Source: Catajapyx aquilonaris (Eukaryota). Taken from it: a stretch of DNA of 64,000 nt. A program made the translations under genes and the position numbers. Position 1 is the stretch's first letter. Each line of letters opens with the position of its first letter. The stretch covers positions 1 to 64,000 of the forward strand of contig JYFJ02000716.1 in NCBI GenBank assembly GCA_000934665.2, read 5' to 3'. Under the pieces are notes generated by a model. It did not search any database. It had not been told where the DNA came from and worked only from the letters and a program-made list of their open reading frames with translations. This document shows positions 61,801-64,000 of the stretch, piece by piece.

Positions 61801-63974
61801 GAGGGTTGAATGAGGCATTAGCGAACCGTCAGGGAGGCGCTGGTTGCAACCAGGATCGATTATCAAATCCTGAAAATGCGAGAGGTGAATCACTCGGTGC
61901 TGCTGAAGTGCATTGTACGTACACGCATCTGACATGCTTCAGAAGAAGAAGAAAAAAAATCAGTGGTGCACACTCTAGATATTATTTTTCACGTGTTTTT
62001 ACACCCACGCTCTCGATATGTGGTGATCGTAATTGCATTAGGCAGGAATATCGCATAGCCTTCAGCTAATTACAAAAGGGGGTTAATGCACTGATTCCGC
62101 AATTGGGTCCGAAATCTATGTGGTATACCATATGGCGCTGCATTATTATGCGAATGGTTTTGCGCTGCACCTACACAATATGGCTCTCGACTCTGTTTCA
62201 TCCGAAAGTGTATTTTTCGTCTGGGGGGCATAATATAACCCCTGATATTTTACCAGCCGGTTAGGATTTTTTTGTTTCTATCCATGGGTGAACACCATGT
62301 TTGCACCGTACAATTTCGAGTCTTCTAGCATCATACCTGAGTTGAAATGTAGCTTTTCAGCATGTGTTTGGATGGTGTTGTCAAAAAATCGTCATTATCT
62401 GAGTCCGTCCAGGCTCGTAAACATGGGCTGGAAATAGTCCGCCGTATTCGCATTAAAGGCTTGTTTCCAAAGTCCTGAAATATTTTGAGTCGGAATTTTC
62501 ATGTTTTAAAAACGGTTTTAATGTGGTTTAGGCTACCTGAAAGACCAGAACTTTGGAGGCGTGAGAAGCAGAGGGTGTGATTCGGTCTGTACGAAGGCGC
62601 CTGGTTCGAGACGCCGACGCCTTTTCCCACAAGCTCAGCGATTGATCCACAGACTTCTTGAACGCAGCATCTCTCTGGAAAAAAGAAGGACCAAAAAAAA
62701 AGGTGGTAATTAAGAAAAACTGCCTGGAAGCGAGAGGGAGGACTGTAATGAGAAACAAGTGTATATTATGCACCTCCGCTTGTAATCGCAGTCGCACTTT
62801 GTCTTCCTTTTGACTAGTCGGAAGGTACAGTCCGTAAGAACAATTTTCAGAAACTCCGCTGCCGAAGCGGTTCACTCGTAGAACAGGATCCTCCTTTGGT
62901 TGGACCCGCTTTTTCCTGTGGATTTTCTGCCAATATGAATGCGTGAGTGAACAATCCACACAGTCTCCATCTGAATACACCACACGGCAAGTGCGTACCA
63001 CTACACTGTTGTAGATGTGAATTTGAGCCATCGATGCACTCGGGTAAATGCCACCACTCAGGGAGTATCGTAGGCTGCTGTCCACCTGTCCAGGCTTGGC
63101 ATGCACGTTGTTTAGAGTCGTGTCCACTTTCTTTGACATTGCAAAGTAATCAGTGTGTTCAGTACATTCAGTAATTTTTTAAGAACCTACCTCACTCAGG
63201 ACGGACCCAGTGTATCTGGAACTCTCACCATCCCCGCCTCCGTACAGGTTGACAACTCTAACGATACCTGATTCCTTCGACACTTTGGTGGTCACAGGCC
63301 TCAAGATGTCCTGACTGCTACAGAACTTGACTCTTTTCCCTGACATCGTCACCCCAGACACTTGTTGAGACGGGCACAAGAAGCAGATTCGTTCCTTCCA
63401 CAGTTTCCACATACCCTTCATAAAATTGGTCTGCCGTTATTTTTTTAGCAACGGACAAACACTTGGTGTTATGTGTACCTCACGTCCGGTCAGTCCTCCA
63501 AGTTCGAAGTACATCAAGGCTTTGTTGCAGAAAGCGAGTTTGATGACACGTCTCTTGTCGCTGTGGACACTCATGGTCACCAAATGCAAAGGGACGATGC
63601 TGATCAATTCGAAGTTGGTCAGGGCCGGATCCAAGTGTGGCATTTGGAAGATGCACCATCCTTGGCGTTTTGGAGGTATGTAGTCAGTAGCTAATATTAT
63701 TCTCGAAGGAGTGACTCCTGTACGATTTTGAGCACAAACGACTCGTAATTATGACAATTACGTACTTGCCTTCACTTCAAAGTTGATATTTTCTAATTTT
63801 AAAAAAAAGTGTGCGAAAGAGAGAGAGAGAGAGAAACTTGCCTAAATGAACTTCTCGTATTCCTTGTCCATGCTTCGAGATTTGCGCAAAGGGGCTTTCA
63901 AGTAGAACCGTGTCTTGAAACTCAATGTACTCGGAAGACTTCAGAAGCCTCTGAATACGGTCGTCTTGGGCCAT
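58883..63974 (-). CDS. RasGEF (CDC25-like) domain-containing protein with an unrecognised N-terminal region
   Basis: Phase-compatible exons 63974-63842, 63717-63479, 63415-63191, 63130-62774, 62674-62537, 62474-62337, 62241-62171, 61936-61711, 61327-61261, 61128-61001, 60784-60647, 60447-60281, 60178-60018, 59933-59803, 59098-58883 (extra small exons possible). RasGEF-like segments: LAFQLTRIDCEFF, FSHRVASLVATEVV, WINVARQCHSIHNLHSCNSILNGLKSPAVFRIRPVW, YFLPLLSDL. Confidence 0.75.
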
Positions 63975-64000
63975 GTTTGAGCCAACTATGTCAGGAATCC

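Overview
Eukaryotic, AT-rich genomic DNA with short GT-AG introns, most likely from an insect (inferred from gene families, intron size and repeat types). All genes I can reconstruct lie on the minus strand. (1) ~0.4-22.8 kb: a tandem array of membrane-anchored short-chain dehydrogenase/reductases of the SDR9C type (BDH1/RDH/HSD17B2-like; GCDSGFG, NNAG and YxxxK motifs). It holds five intact genes with 7 coding exons each, one chimeric pseudogene and two orphan exons. (2) ~23.6-57.3 kb: three intact tandem acyl-CoA (SCD/Delta9-type) desaturases with atypical xATD signature motifs and non-Tyr residues at the tunnel-capping position. (3) ~58.9-64 kb: a multi-exon gene with a C-terminal RasGEF/CDC25-like domain and a GC-AG first intron. 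Intergenic and intronic space contains a Sola2-like transposon relic, a ~2-kb almost fully palindromic Academ-like foldback element with three nested insertions, solo-LTR-like inserts, MITEs and a hairpin minisatellite. The most interesting hypothesis is that the adjacent desaturase and SDR expansions form a co-oriented, lipid-modifying (pheromone/wax/defence) gene cluster. Exon models were read by eye and need transcript confirmation.
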